A DNA stretch of 64,000 nt from Nostoc sp. DedSLP01 (GCA_034530875.2 JAVRCJ020000010.1:179505-243504), one strand, 5' to 3'. Positions 40,899 through 50,269 are shown, numbered from the stretch's first letter. Numbers and translations: made by a program. The notes: a model not told the origin generated them from the sequence alone.

Positions 40899-40978
40899 TC
40901 TTTACAAGAATTTCATTTTGGAAATTTTTTAATCAAATTAATCGTTAAACCTACTATTCTTTACAAGAATTTCATTTT
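40899..40978. repeat. Exact 21-bp direct repeat pair in the divergent promoter
   Basis: TCTTTACAAGAATTTCATTTT at 40899-40919 and 40958-40978. Confidence 0.85.
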
Positions 40979-41185
40979 TTAACTAGTTCAAATTTAGGCT
41001 ATTTTTTTGGTAAAAACACTAATTTTTATCAATCTCATTATTTAGTTATTTTCAGTGCCCTCACTCAAGTTTTATCAAGTTATGGGCGTTATTCTGGCCA
41101 TAGAAAATGCCAATTGCACTTAATTAATAGGAAGCTTTAAGGCAAAATTGGCATTCTGTAAATCTATAAAAAGGAATAGATTTTT

Positions 41186-41908
41186 ATGGAATTTAATCAC
41201 TTAACAAAGCAGCTGAGTCAACTGCTAGTTCAGGATTACCTAGCATTTAGTATTACAAAAAATCCTGTTGTCCAAATTCTGAGTCAAGCAAGTTTTGCTC
41301 AGATTGCTCATGTCATGCAGCAATATTCCATTTTTCCCAAGGAGTTGGTAGGTTTTACAGAGTTAGCAAGACGGAAAGCGCTGGTATCAGGATGGAACGG
41401 TGTAGCTCAGGAACTCCAAGAAAACATAGATGAAGAGATGGGTAGCACTAGTCAAGGAATCTCTCATTACAGACTTTTAGCTGACGGACTGGAAGAAGGA
41501 CTGGGTATTGCTGTCAAGAACACAATGCCATCAGTTGCTACATCCAAACTGCTAAGAACTGTGCAATCGCTATTCGACGGACAAGTAGACTATGTACTTG
41601 GGGCAACCTATGCCATTGAGGCAACCTCAATTCCTGAGTTGACTCTGATTGTGCAACTTATAGAGTGGTTGCTCGAAGGAGCAATGCCCAAAGATTTGCA
41701 ATATTTTTTTAGCAAGCATTTGGATGAGTGGGAACTCGAACATGAAGCGGGTTTGAGAACATCTCTAGCAGCATATATACAACCCGAACAATTTGCAGAC
41801 TTTGCAGCAGGGTTTACGGCAATGATAGATGCGATGGAGATGTGGTGGCAGGAATTAGCACAAGAGGCAATCTCATCTGGGGTTGTTCTGAGTAAAGCGA
41901 TCGCTTAA
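41186..41908 (+). CDS. CADD-like / heme-oxygenase-like diiron protein (DUF3865-like)
   Basis: Helical 240-aa protein with ENIDEEMG...SHY, YAIEA and FFSKHLDEWELEH, matching the E..H / E / H...E..H ligand layout of CADD-type diiron oxidases. Confidence 0.72.
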   Translation: MEFNHLTKQLSQLLVQDYLAFSITKNPVVQILSQASFAQIAHVMQQYSIFPKELVGFTELARRKALVSGWNGVAQELQENIDEEMGSTSQGISHYRLLADGLEEGLGIAVKNTMPSVATSKLLRTVQSLFDGQVDYVLGATYAIEATSIPELTLIVQLIEWLLEGAMPKDLQYFFSKHLDEWELEHEAGLRTSLAAYIQPEQFADFAAGFTAMIDAMEMWWQELAQEAISSGVVLSKAIA

Positions 41909-41936
41909 TAGCACTGATTAAATAGAATTTAACATT

Positions 41937-43043
41937 ATGATTTCGATCCATCCTTCATTTCTCGATCGCACTTCTAGTATCGAACCACCAAAATTCGGAC
42001 TACCTGGGGATTACTACTTTAGCGATCGAATTTTTGCTTACGAACAGCAAACTATCTGGCGTAATACCTGGCAGTTTGTAGGACGCGAATCCGAACTACC
42101 TAATCCTGGCGATTATCTCACTTGCAATGTTGGCGAGCAACCCATGTTCGTGATTCGAGATAATAACGGCGAATTACGAGCGATGCACAATGTTTGTCCG
42201 CATCGGGGAGCGCAGATGTTACAAGGGCAAGGTCATTGTCAACGGGTGCGTTGTCCGTATCATGGTTGGAACTTCAATTATGAAGGCAATCTCAAAGGTT
42301 TACCCCGCGCTGATTGTTTTCCGAATTTAGATAAGTCGGGTGTCTATCTAGCCAGCGGACGAGTAGAGACATGGGGCGGCTTTGTGTTTGTTCATCCAGA
42401 AGCAGAAGGGGAATCTTTAGTAAGTTATTTAGCTGGATTTTCAGCTTACTTAGAACAATATCCACATTCTTGGCAGGAACTCCAGCAGGTTGACCGTTGG
42501 TTTTATGAAGAGCCAGCCAACTGGAAATTTCCCATAGAGAATTATTTAGAGTGTTATCACTTATCAGTTGTTCATGCCCAAAGTTTAAAGTGTTTCGATC
42601 CGAAGCATATTATTTACACTCCAACTGGACGACACTATCAGATATTTGTACCGTTTACAGATGATGAACTTGTTAAAGATCACCCCGCTTTTTCCGGAGA
42701 ACCAAGCGGACAATCTTACCAGGGCTTCATTTTTCCTAATATGATGGTCAATACTGCAAGAGATAAAGTTTCAGTTTTTCGGCTGACTCCTTTATCTCCC
42801 ACAAAAACTAAATTTGAGGTTTTTATTTATCAAACGAAAGCACAGATGGAAGCATTTCCTTACAAACAGGATGAATTTCGACCGGAATTTGAACGGGTGT
42901 TAAATGAAGACTTTGGCGTAGTGCGATCGCTCCAAGCAAGCGTTCATTCCAAAGCTTATGGCGTACTTCAGCTTGCAGACATCGAATATGGAATTTCTCA
43001 CTTCCATCAAGTTTTGTCGAAGTATTATAGGAATCCGGTTTGA
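41937..43043 (+). CDS. Rieske non-heme iron oxygenase, alpha subunit
   Basis: Rieske ligands CPHRG...CPYHGW, mononuclear-Fe motif NWK...ENYLECYHLSVVH and a distal ED. Confidence 0.9.
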   Translation: MISIHPSFLDRTSSIEPPKFGLPGDYYFSDRIFAYEQQTIWRNTWQFVGRESELPNPGDYLTCNVGEQPMFVIRDNNGELRAMHNVCPHRGAQMLQGQGHCQRVRCPYHGWNFNYEGNLKGLPRADCFPNLDKSGVYLASGRVETWGGFVFVHPEAEGESLVSYLAGFSAYLEQYPHSWQELQQVDRWFYEEPANWKFPIENYLECYHLSVVHAQSLKCFDPKHIIYTPTGRHYQIFVPFTDDELVKDHPAFSGEPSGQSYQGFIFPNMMVNTARDKVSVFRLTPLSPTKTKFEVFIYQTKAQMEAFPYKQDEFRPEFERVLNEDFGVVRSLQASVHSKAYGVLQLADIEYGISHFHQVLSKYYRNPV

Positions 43044-43245
43044 TTTGGAGAATTTATTTGTGTAGACAGGGAGTAGGGAATGGGGAGTAGGGAGTAGGAA
43101 AGAGTGATTTTTGGGTGTACGGATTTTTTTCACCAAATCAAATATGAGTCCTATATTGTCTAAGAGTATCACAAATAATTTGACGATATTTCTCTAATTT
43201 ATCCATTTTCAAATCACCTCAGAGTTTGGTTCAAAAACAATTAAT

Positions 43246-43403
43246 TTAACGTGAATTCGACGAACCTCTCCCTGCCTTGAACTAGTGTTCAAGTCTGTCC
43301 CTCTCTGAATCGGAGAGGGACGGTTTTACTACGTAAAACCAGGGAGAGGTTTTTTATTTGGCTAATTAGGCGGACACTATATAAACCGTCGAATTCACGT
43401 TAA
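43246..43403. mobile_element. MITE with 17-bp perfect TIRs
   Basis: TTAACGTGAATTCGACG (43246-43262) and CGTCGAATTCACGTTAA (43387-43403), with internal hairpins. Confidence 0.8.
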
Positions 43404-43507
43404 TTTAATTAGTTTTTTTTGTAATAAAACTTTGCCAATCGCCCTTTCTGAAATTACAGCGAAATCGCCCTTGCTCAAATCATTCAATCACGCCAGTTTT
43501 GCCACAA

Positions 43508-45580
43508 TCAAGCATCAAAATCTGTCTTTCCCATGCCCCATGCCCAATGCCCCATGCCCCATGCCCCATGCCCCATGCCAATATCGTCGCATATACGCTT
43601 ATCGCTTTCATTCACATTGGGGTTATTTTGCAAATAATCGCGCACCCAAGCACAACCCTTAACCATTAGATCGTTTAAATTCAGATTCCACAGCTTCACC
43701 GTGTTGTCATCACTTGCAGAGGCAATAATTTGACCGTCGGGGCTAAATGCCACGCCCCTAACCGAACTGCTATGACCTTCTAATCGGTTACGTTCTTTAA
43801 CTCCATAAACTACCTGCTGGAGTGTGGCTACTGCCAAAACGCGGGTATCTGGTTCTACATTTTTATCTGGAGTTTTAAGTCGTTTTCCTACCTTCAAGCC
43901 TGCTACTAAAGCCTCAAGTTCTAAATTTGATGCCATCAGGTTTTGTGATTTGAGACTATCAGCGAGAATTTCCGCATTGGTTCGGCGTTTTTCTGCGTCG
44001 GCTTTAGCGACAATTGCTTGCTGTTGTTGATTTTGAGCAATGTTTCGCTGTTTTTCGGCTTCTGCTTGTCTTTGTCTGGCTAGTTGTTCAGCCATTTTGG
44101 TTTTATCGAGTGCATTTGCTAACTTTTTTCCCCTTTCTTCAGCTAATTTTTGTGCAGATTTTGCTTGGTCTTCTCCTTTTTTAGCTCTTGCACTCTGTTT
44201 ATTAGCAATGCGCTTTTGCTTTTCTGCCTCCCGGCGTTGTTCCTCTGCTTTTTTTTGCTGGTTCTCAGCATTTTTAGTTTGACGGTCTGCTTCTTGTCGC
44301 TGTGTTTGTTCTCTTTTCAGGGCATCTTGGGCAATGAGACGTTGCTCTTTTTCACTGTCGAGGGCATTCTGTACAATGAGATTTTGGTTGTAAATATACC
44401 AAGCGACTGCCGTTGATAATGTCGAAAACACTAGCATTACAATCACATAAGGCAGTGCAGGTTTGAGACGCTCCCACCTATCCCGCAAGTTAAACGGCAA
44501 ATGTTTATTAATCCATTTATAATCGAACACCTGCCGATAAATTTCATTCCGCACCTGCAAAACATTATTCTCCCGCCGCACCACCCCCGACAGCTTCAAG
44601 TGAGATTTGATTATCGATTGTTCCTCATCAACAACCGCACGCTTACCGTAACGAATATCGCGGTAAATAGTTAAAACTTCTGGGTCTGGCGAGCGTTTCG
44701 TGAGCATATCGCGAACAAACTGCAAATTATTGTCTTGCTCGCTCATCGCGCCAAAAAATGTGCTGTTAACTATTCTGTCTACATCAGACGCGATGAATCG
44801 CGTCTCTACAAATTTTTGGCTCTCGGCTACTAATGCGCCACAGAGACGCTGGGTTAAATATGGATGTCCGCCTGTCCATTTCAATACCTGGTGTAATATC
44901 TGGTTGGCTTCATCACTGGGTAATCCCAATCCCTCAGCTAGGGGTAAGGCTTCCTCAAAGGTAAAATCAGTTAAATCTACACGGTGTCCAATATTAAACG
45001 GCGTGCGCTTGGCATCGCTGATTAAATCGCCGGGAGTCGCTACCCCCATTAATACAAAAGAAAGCCGATTAAATTCAGGATTTGTAGCACGGGCAACATA
45101 GAGATAACGAATGGCGATAAAAAAATCATCGGTAAAATCTAGGCTGAGGGTAGAGTCAATTTCATCGACAAAAATTACAACTTGCCCCTCAACCTCAGCC
45201 AGCAAAACTTTCTCAAAAAACTGTGTCAGCCGTTGCGATACTCCCAGATGTTCGCGTTCTTGCCACCAACTCACCACATCTGTATCAAACATCAGTTGGT
45301 CATCCAGCTTCACCAAAAAGCCAAAATACCACTGTTCGGCTGTGACACTTGCCCCCAATTCCTGGAGGTCAACAATTACCGAGCGAATGCCCTCATCCGT
45401 CAGCGTTTGCGCCGTGCGTACCATCAGGCTAGACTTCCCCATTTGGCGCGGCGTCAGCACATAAGCGAAAGTTGCCGAACGACATAAACCCAGCAATTCG
45501 TCATCAGCTTGACGGGGAATATAAATTCCACCACCAGCCTGCACAGTCCCGCCAACAGTGTAAACGGTTGGATTAGCCAT
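43508..45580 (-). CDS. AAA_35 (STAND-like) NTPase - TM - coiled coil - single WD40 repeat
   Basis: Walker A-like TPRQMGKSS, Walker [41 protein letters not shown], an E/K/Q/A-rich coiled coil, and one repeat [31 protein letters not shown]. Confidence 0.85.
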   Translation of the reverse strand: MANPTVYTVGGTVQAGGGIYIPRQADDELLGLCRSATFAYVLTPRQMGKSSLMVRTAQTLTDEGIRSVIVDLQELGASVTAEQWYFGFLVKLDDQLMFDTDVVSWWQEREHLGVSQRLTQFFEKVLLAEVEGQVVIFVDEIDSTLSLDFTDDFFIAIRYLYVARATNPEFNRLSFVLMGVATPGDLISDAKRTPFNIGHRVDLTDFTFEEALPLAEGLGLPSDEANQILHQVLKWTGGHPYLTQRLCGALVAESQKFVETRFIASDVDRIVNSTFFGAMSEQDNNLQFVRDMLTKRSPDPEVLTIYRDIRYGKRAVVDEEQSIIKSHLKLSGVVRRENNVLQVRNEIYRQVFDYKWINKHLPFNLRDRWERLKPALPYVIVMLVFSTLSTAVAWYIYNQNLIVQNALDSEKEQRLIAQDALKREQTQRQEADRQTKNAENQQKKAEEQRREAEKQKRIANKQSARAKKGEDQAKSAQKLAEERGKKLANALDKTKMAEQLARQRQAEAEKQRNIAQNQQQQAIVAKADAEKRRTNAEILADSLKSQNLMASNLELEALVAGLKVGKRLKTPDKNVEPDTRVLAVATLQQVVYGVKERNRLEGHSSSVRGVAFSPDGQIIASASDDNTVKLWNLNLNDLMVKGCAWVRDYLQNNPNVNESDKRICDDIGMGHGAWGMGHWAWGMGKTDFDA
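43530..43578. repeat. STRR heptamer array (CCCATGC x7) inside the 3' end of the AAA_35-WD40 CDS
   Basis: Seven CCCATGC/CCAATGC units, translated on the minus strand as [17 protein letters not shown]. Confidence 0.9.
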
Positions 45581-45779
45581 GTCACAGACTCCGAGAGGAA
45601 GGGAAACGCAAAAGGCACTGACTCAATTTACAATGACATTGTGTAATACATTTTGTCTATCTACCTGAAAATTTCTGTAAAAAAATTGTAGGTCGGGTTG
45701 AGCTTTAGCGTTACCCAACAATTAACGCTTAATGTTGGGTTTCGTTCCTCAACCCAACCTTGTATATTGAGGGAAGAAG

Positions 45780-46050
45780 GAGTATTTGAAATCTATTAAC
45801 GAGTATTTGAGCTTCATTAATGAGGCTTTGAACTTCATTAACGAGTATTTGAACTCCATTAATGAGGCTTTGAGCTTCATTAACGAGTATTTGAACTCCA
45901 TTAATGAGGCTTTGAACTCCATTAATGAGTATTTGAACTCCATTAATGAGGCTTTGAACTCCATTAATGAGTATTTGAGCTTCATTAATGAGGCTTTGAA
46001 CTCCATTAATGAGTATTTGAGCTTCATTAATGAGTATGTGAACTTCGCAG
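45780..46050. repeat. 21-bp tandem repeat array (12 units plus 1 partial)
   Basis: Units GAG(TA/GC)TTTGA(A/G)CT(C/T)CATTAA(T/C), contiguous with no spacers. TAT and GCT variants alternate through most of the array. Confidence 0.95.
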
Positions 46051-46152
46051 GCAATTTTTTTGTAATGTCTGTAATTACCTGCAACTACGCTGTAGTAAAG
46101 TGTATTTAATTGATATGCTAATGCGCTGACATATTGCACTATTTCCCATTAA

Positions 46153-46386
46153 GAGGTTGTTTGAAAAGTGGCTGACTGTGATTTTAATTGCGTTTTTACC
46201 CCCCTTATAAAGGCTACGGTGTACACACAAATCGGATTTTCTTTGTAGATTCGGGTTTTACCCCCCTTAATCCCCCCTTGTAAAGGGGGGAAAAAAGAAG
46301 ATCTAGTTCCCTCCCCTTGTAAAGGGGAGGGTTAGGGAGGGGTAAAAAATATTTAGTACATCAATCATGACTTTTCAAACATCCTC
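46153..46386. mobile_element. MITE, probably IS5/IS1031-like, with TAA target duplication
   Basis: GAGGTTGTTTGAAAAGT and ACTTTTCAAACATCCTC (1 mismatch), with TAA on both sides. It contains a CTACGGTGTACACACAA end from another element family and GC-rich hairpins. Confidence 0.75.
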
Positions 46387-46513
46387 TAAGACTTCATTAG
46401 TTGTGTAGTTATCGGTGAAAGTAAGACACCAAACATCGTTGACGGTGCGTTAGGACTTGCGTCCATAACGCACCCTACCAAACTAATGACTAATGACTAA
46501 TAACTAATAACTA

Positions 46514-48037
46514 ATGACTAAAAATATATTTATCAGCTATAAGCGTAATGTTGACCCAGACGAGCAAGTTGCATTGCAAGTTTACCAGGCGCTATCGCAG
46601 CAACACAAAGTGTTCATCGACCAAACCATGTCCGTTGGCACGCGCTGGGCTGAACGTATTGAAGCAGAAATCCGCCAAGCTGATTTTCTCATTACTTTTC
46701 TTTCAGCCTGGTCAACTCAAAGCGAGATGGTAATAGCAGAAATCGAGACAGCACACCACTTAGCAAAATCACAACAAAGACGCCCGGTAATTCTCCCAGT
46801 GCGTTTGGCATATCACGAACCCTTCGTCTATCCTTTAAGTGCCTATCTCAATGGTATTAACTGGGCATTCTGGAAAGATGCGGAAGATACGCCGCGCCTA
46901 ATTAATGAATTATTACAAGCTGTCTCTGGGAGTACATTGGCTATCAACGAAGAAAAATCTAAGGCAGACTTACTCCAAATAAGTCAGCCGTCACCTCTAC
47001 CCCATCCTTTTCCTTCAGCACAACCGGTTTCTTTAGAAATGCCTGAAGGAACAATGGAATCACAATCTGCTTTTTATGTGGAACGCTCATCAGATGCACT
47101 TGCTTTGCAAACTATTGAGCAGCAGGGTGTGACAATTACCATTAAAGGCCCCCGGCAAATGGGCAAAAGTTCGCTGTTAATTCGCACAATTAAAACTGCT
47201 GTGAATGCAGGTAAGCGAGTTGCTTTGCTGGATTTCCAATTGTTTGACAAAGCTGCTTTAACGAATGCTGACCTCTTCTTTCGCCAGTTCTGTAGTTGGT
47301 TAACTGATGAACTGGAAATGACTGATAAAGTAGCTGAATATTGGAATATGCCCTTGGGGAATAGTCAGCGTTGCACTCGTTATGTCGGTCGCTACCTGCT
47401 CAAAGAGTTTGGCAACCCCCTTGTTTTGGCAATGGATGAAGTTGAAAGAGTTTTTGATACTGAATTTCGCTCTGATTTCTTTGGAATGCTGCGAAGCTGG
47501 CACAACAGCCGCGCCACTACTCCCATTTGGAAGCAACTCGATTTAGCGTTAGTGACTTCCACCGAACCCTACCAACTAATTGATAATCTTAACCAATCTC
47601 CCTTTAATGTTGGGCAGGTGATTGATTTAGAAGACTTCACACCAGCGCAGGTTTCTGACCTCAACCGCCGTCACAGTTCTCCTTTCAACCCCAAGGAAGA
47701 ACAGCAATTAATGGCATTGTTAGGGGGACATCCTTATTTAGTCCGCCTTGCACTCTACTTACTTGCCAGCTACCGCCTCTCTGGTACCGAACTATTTGCC
47801 ACAGCCACCACAGATAACGGCCCCTTTGGCAACCATCTGCGTAACCATCTGTTCCGGTTGCATAGCAAAAAAGAGTTAGTTCAAGGAATGTTCCAAGTAA
47901 TTCGCCAGAACATCTGCGAAGATGAGGGAATTTTCTTTCGCTTGCGGGGTGCAGGTTTAGTCCGCCGCGAGGGGCGTATAGTCTTACCCCGTTGTCAACT
48001 TTACGCAGAATATTTTCGGGAGCATTTGCGTGGATGA
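46514..48037 (+). CDS. TIR domain - AAA_35 (STAND-like) NTPase
   Basis: TIR motifs IFISYKR, VFID and SEMVIAEI (putative catalytic Glu); Walker [10 protein letters not shown]; Walker B LAMDEVE; SPFNVG; GGHPYL. Confidence 0.88.
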   Translation: MTKNIFISYKRNVDPDEQVALQVYQALSQQHKVFIDQTMSVGTRWAERIEAEIRQADFLITFLSAWSTQSEMVIAEIETAHHLAKSQQRRPVILPVRLAYHEPFVYPLSAYLNGINWAFWKDAEDTPRLINELLQAVSGSTLAINEEKSKADLLQISQPSPLPHPFPSAQPVSLEMPEGTMESQSAFYVERSSDALALQTIEQQGVTITIKGPRQMGKSSLLIRTIKTAVNAGKRVALLDFQLFDKAALTNADLFFRQFCSWLTDELEMTDKVAEYWNMPLGNSQRCTRYVGRYLLKEFGNPLVLAMDEVERVFDTEFRSDFFGMLRSWHNSRATTPIWKQLDLALVTSTEPYQLIDNLNQSPFNVGQVIDLEDFTPAQVSDLNRRHSSPFNPKEEQQLMALLGGHPYLVRLALYLLASYRLSGTELFATATTDNGPFGNHLRNHLFRLHSKKELVQGMFQVIRQNICEDEGIFFRLRGAGLVRREGRIVLPRCQLYAEYFREHLRG

Positions 48038-48052
48038 TGCCCAATGCCCAAT

Positions 48053-50197
48053 TTAGGCAACCTGAAAATTAAGGCTAAAACTTGCCCAGTTATTTACATC
48101 TAAGATATATGAGTCAGCAGTTGTAGTGCTGATTTCGGTTTTGATGGCGCTGGCGTTATGCAAGTCTAGTAGCAAAGCTTGTGCAACATATAAGGAATTC
48201 AATAATGGGGCAATTGGGCGCTGGTCGGGTGTGGGATACTTAGCGGTGTTCAAGACGGCGAGGGTTGCAGTGAAGGGGGCAGTACTGAAAATTAGTTGTT
48301 GTTCTGAAAAGAAAGCGGGGCCTGAAATTACCCATTCGGAACCAGCTTTTGTTTGAGGTAAGGTGAGGGTTTCACCTGGGGCGATCGCAACTTCTCTAAA
48401 AAGGGTTTGGGTTTCGGTAGTCTGCGGTTCTGAAGGAGTTTCCCAAGGGTAGAAGGCGAATGCTGTTTGATTATTTTTTAATCCTAGTAAGATTAAGTAT
48501 ACTGGGCGATCGCTTTGATTTTCCAGTCGATACTGCATTTGAGTACCAATAGGCACAATGGGAGTGGGTAGAGACGCGATAACTCTTGTCTGTGCGCCAT
48601 CGGTAGAGACGCGATTAATGGCATCTGTGGAGGTTCGCTGTGTTTGGCGTTCTATTAATCTCTGGGGTGATGTACCGCTAATTATCTCTAAGGTTCCTTT
48701 AATGGCTAGGCGGGAAGAACCTTCATTTTCTGTGAGTCGCCATAGTTTAGCTGCTAGCAAGGTGGATAATTTCGGCGCTAACCGCAGTACTGCAACTTTT
48801 ACAGCTTCGCCAACTTCGCCGGCGGTGTTGGGAATTAATTCGCCATCGAGAGTAAATAGTCCATAGCGACTAGGCGCTTGCTGAAGTTTACCAAATATAT
48901 AATCAGCTGGTTGTTCTCCTGCTACTACGGTGGATACATGAGGGTTTGCAGCAAAGCCACTTGTAGCATCTACTCGTTCAATTCTTTCCAGTCCAGTATC
49001 CAGACCAATTATCAAATTAATATTTTTTGGTAAAACCCGGACTGCTTCTCGAACAATTTGCCCGACTTGTACCGGAGTTGTACCTTCAATTTTGGCTTTT
49101 GCTGTTAACCCGGTACGCGATCGCAATACCAATTGCTCTGTTGTTGGTAGAGTAAATCGAGAATTAACTCCATAGTGTAGCAGCACTTGGGGAGGTAATC
49201 CTGCTAACCACAGATGCACGGTTTTGCCGTCTTCATCAATGGCTTTCACCATGCCTTCTCCACCAATGTTACTGTCTGGAAGTAGAGACGTTACATGTAA
49301 CGTCTCTACCTGTTGGTTTTTCTTAGTGTCTAATAACTTTGGTTCCTGTTTGCTACCCAATTTGTACAGAGAATTTTCTACACGAGAAAGAACAACTTGA
49401 ATTTTTGTCGCTGGGGTAGCTTCCCATAAATACTGAGTCAAGGCGTAGGTAAATAATCCCGCACTAAAACCAGAAAATAGGCCTTCCCTAGCTGACTGCT
49501 TGGAGGTGGAGGTAGCTGTTAAGACAAGGGGAGTGCTGAGTGATTTTTGAGTTTTCAGTTGTTGGAGAAAGTCGAGTTCTTCTGCTATAAGTTTGGCTTC
49601 TACTGGTTCCGGGAGGGCGCGAGTTTTTAAGCCGATGACTGAAGTAGGTGCATCATAGCTAGTATCTAATACTGCTGTGACTAGTTTTGTGGGGAGCGAT
49701 CGCAATAATAATAGTAAAGTTTCTTCTAATAAATAATTGACTATTTTTTCATTTTGTGTAATCTGGCTTTCATTAGCTGGCACTAGAGCATTTTGCATTG
49801 TCTCTGGCGATGTTTCCAATTTGACACGACTGCCATAGCCGCTAAAGTGGAATACTACCACATCACCAGCTTGAGCTTGCTTGCCCAGATGGTCTAAAAA
49901 AGCCGCTTCAATGAATTCTCTATTAGCCTGTTCTTCCGTTAAGGTGAGAATATCTGAACTTTGGAACCCAAAGCGATGAATTAAAAGTTCTTTTTGAAGT
50001 TCCACATCAGTGAGACAACCACTGAGAGCCGGGATTTTTGGGTATTGGTTAATACCGATTAATAATGCCAACTTGCGCGGACTGGGTTGTGCCAAAGCAT
50101 AGTAGTAGCGATTTCCCAAACTCAACCACTCAGCTTCAGTTAGCCCCAATACGGTGAGTATTGAGCCAATTCTGTTTAAAAACGTGCGCCGCTTCAT
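48053..50197 (-). CDS. Caspase-family (C14) homologue with substituted dyad, Tat-like leader and C-terminal DUF4384-like region
   Basis: Leader MKRRTFL; ALLIGINQY and LSGCLTDV; HFSGYG (His to Tyr) and LDTSY (Cys to Ser); GLFTYALTQYL. Confidence 0.85.
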   Translation of the reverse strand: MKRRTFLNRIGSILTVLGLTEAEWLSLGNRYYYALAQPSPRKLALLIGINQYPKIPALSGCLTDVELQKELLIHRFGFQSSDILTLTEEQANREFIEAAFLDHLGKQAQAGDVVVFHFSGYGSRVKLETSPETMQNALVPANESQITQNEKIVNYLLEETLLLLLRSLPTKLVTAVLDTSYDAPTSVIGLKTRALPEPVEAKLIAEELDFLQQLKTQKSLSTPLVLTATSTSKQSAREGLFSGFSAGLFTYALTQYLWEATPATKIQVVLSRVENSLYKLGSKQEPKLLDTKKNQQVETLHVTSLLPDSNIGGEGMVKAIDEDGKTVHLWLAGLPPQVLLHYGVNSRFTLPTTEQLVLRSRTGLTAKAKIEGTTPVQVGQIVREAVRVLPKNINLIIGLDTGLERIERVDATSGFAANPHVSTVVAGEQPADYIFGKLQQAPSRYGLFTLDGELIPNTAGEVGEAVKVAVLRLAPKLSTLLAAKLWRLTENEGSSRLAIKGTLEIISGTSPQRLIERQTQRTSTDAINRVSTDGAQTRVIASLPTPIVPIGTQMQYRLENQSDRPVYLILLGLKNNQTAFAFYPWETPSEPQTTETQTLFREVAIAPGETLTLPQTKAGSEWVISGPAFFSEQQLIFSTAPFTATLAVLNTAKYPTPDQRPIAPLLNSLYVAQALLLDLHNASAIKTEISTTTADSYILDVNNWASFSLNFQVA

Positions 50198-50269
50198 AAA
50201 TTAGCTATCATTTCTCAGCCTACCAGCTAGCAGCTTAAAGGTTTGAGTCCTGTAGTGTAAAGGGGGAGA

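Noticed and set aside
40899..40978. Mini-CRISPR (repeat-spacer-repeat)
   Set aside because: Only two 21-bp AT-rich, non-palindromic copies with no cas context; better treated as a promoter duplication or operator pair.
45780..46050. CRISPR array
   Set aside because: The units are contiguous 21-mers with no unique spacers, and no cas genes occur in the window.
43508..48037. Diversity-generating retroelement or invertible switch acting on the NTPase pair
   Set aside because: No reverse transcriptase, template/variable repeat pair, recombinase or flanking inverted repeats were found.
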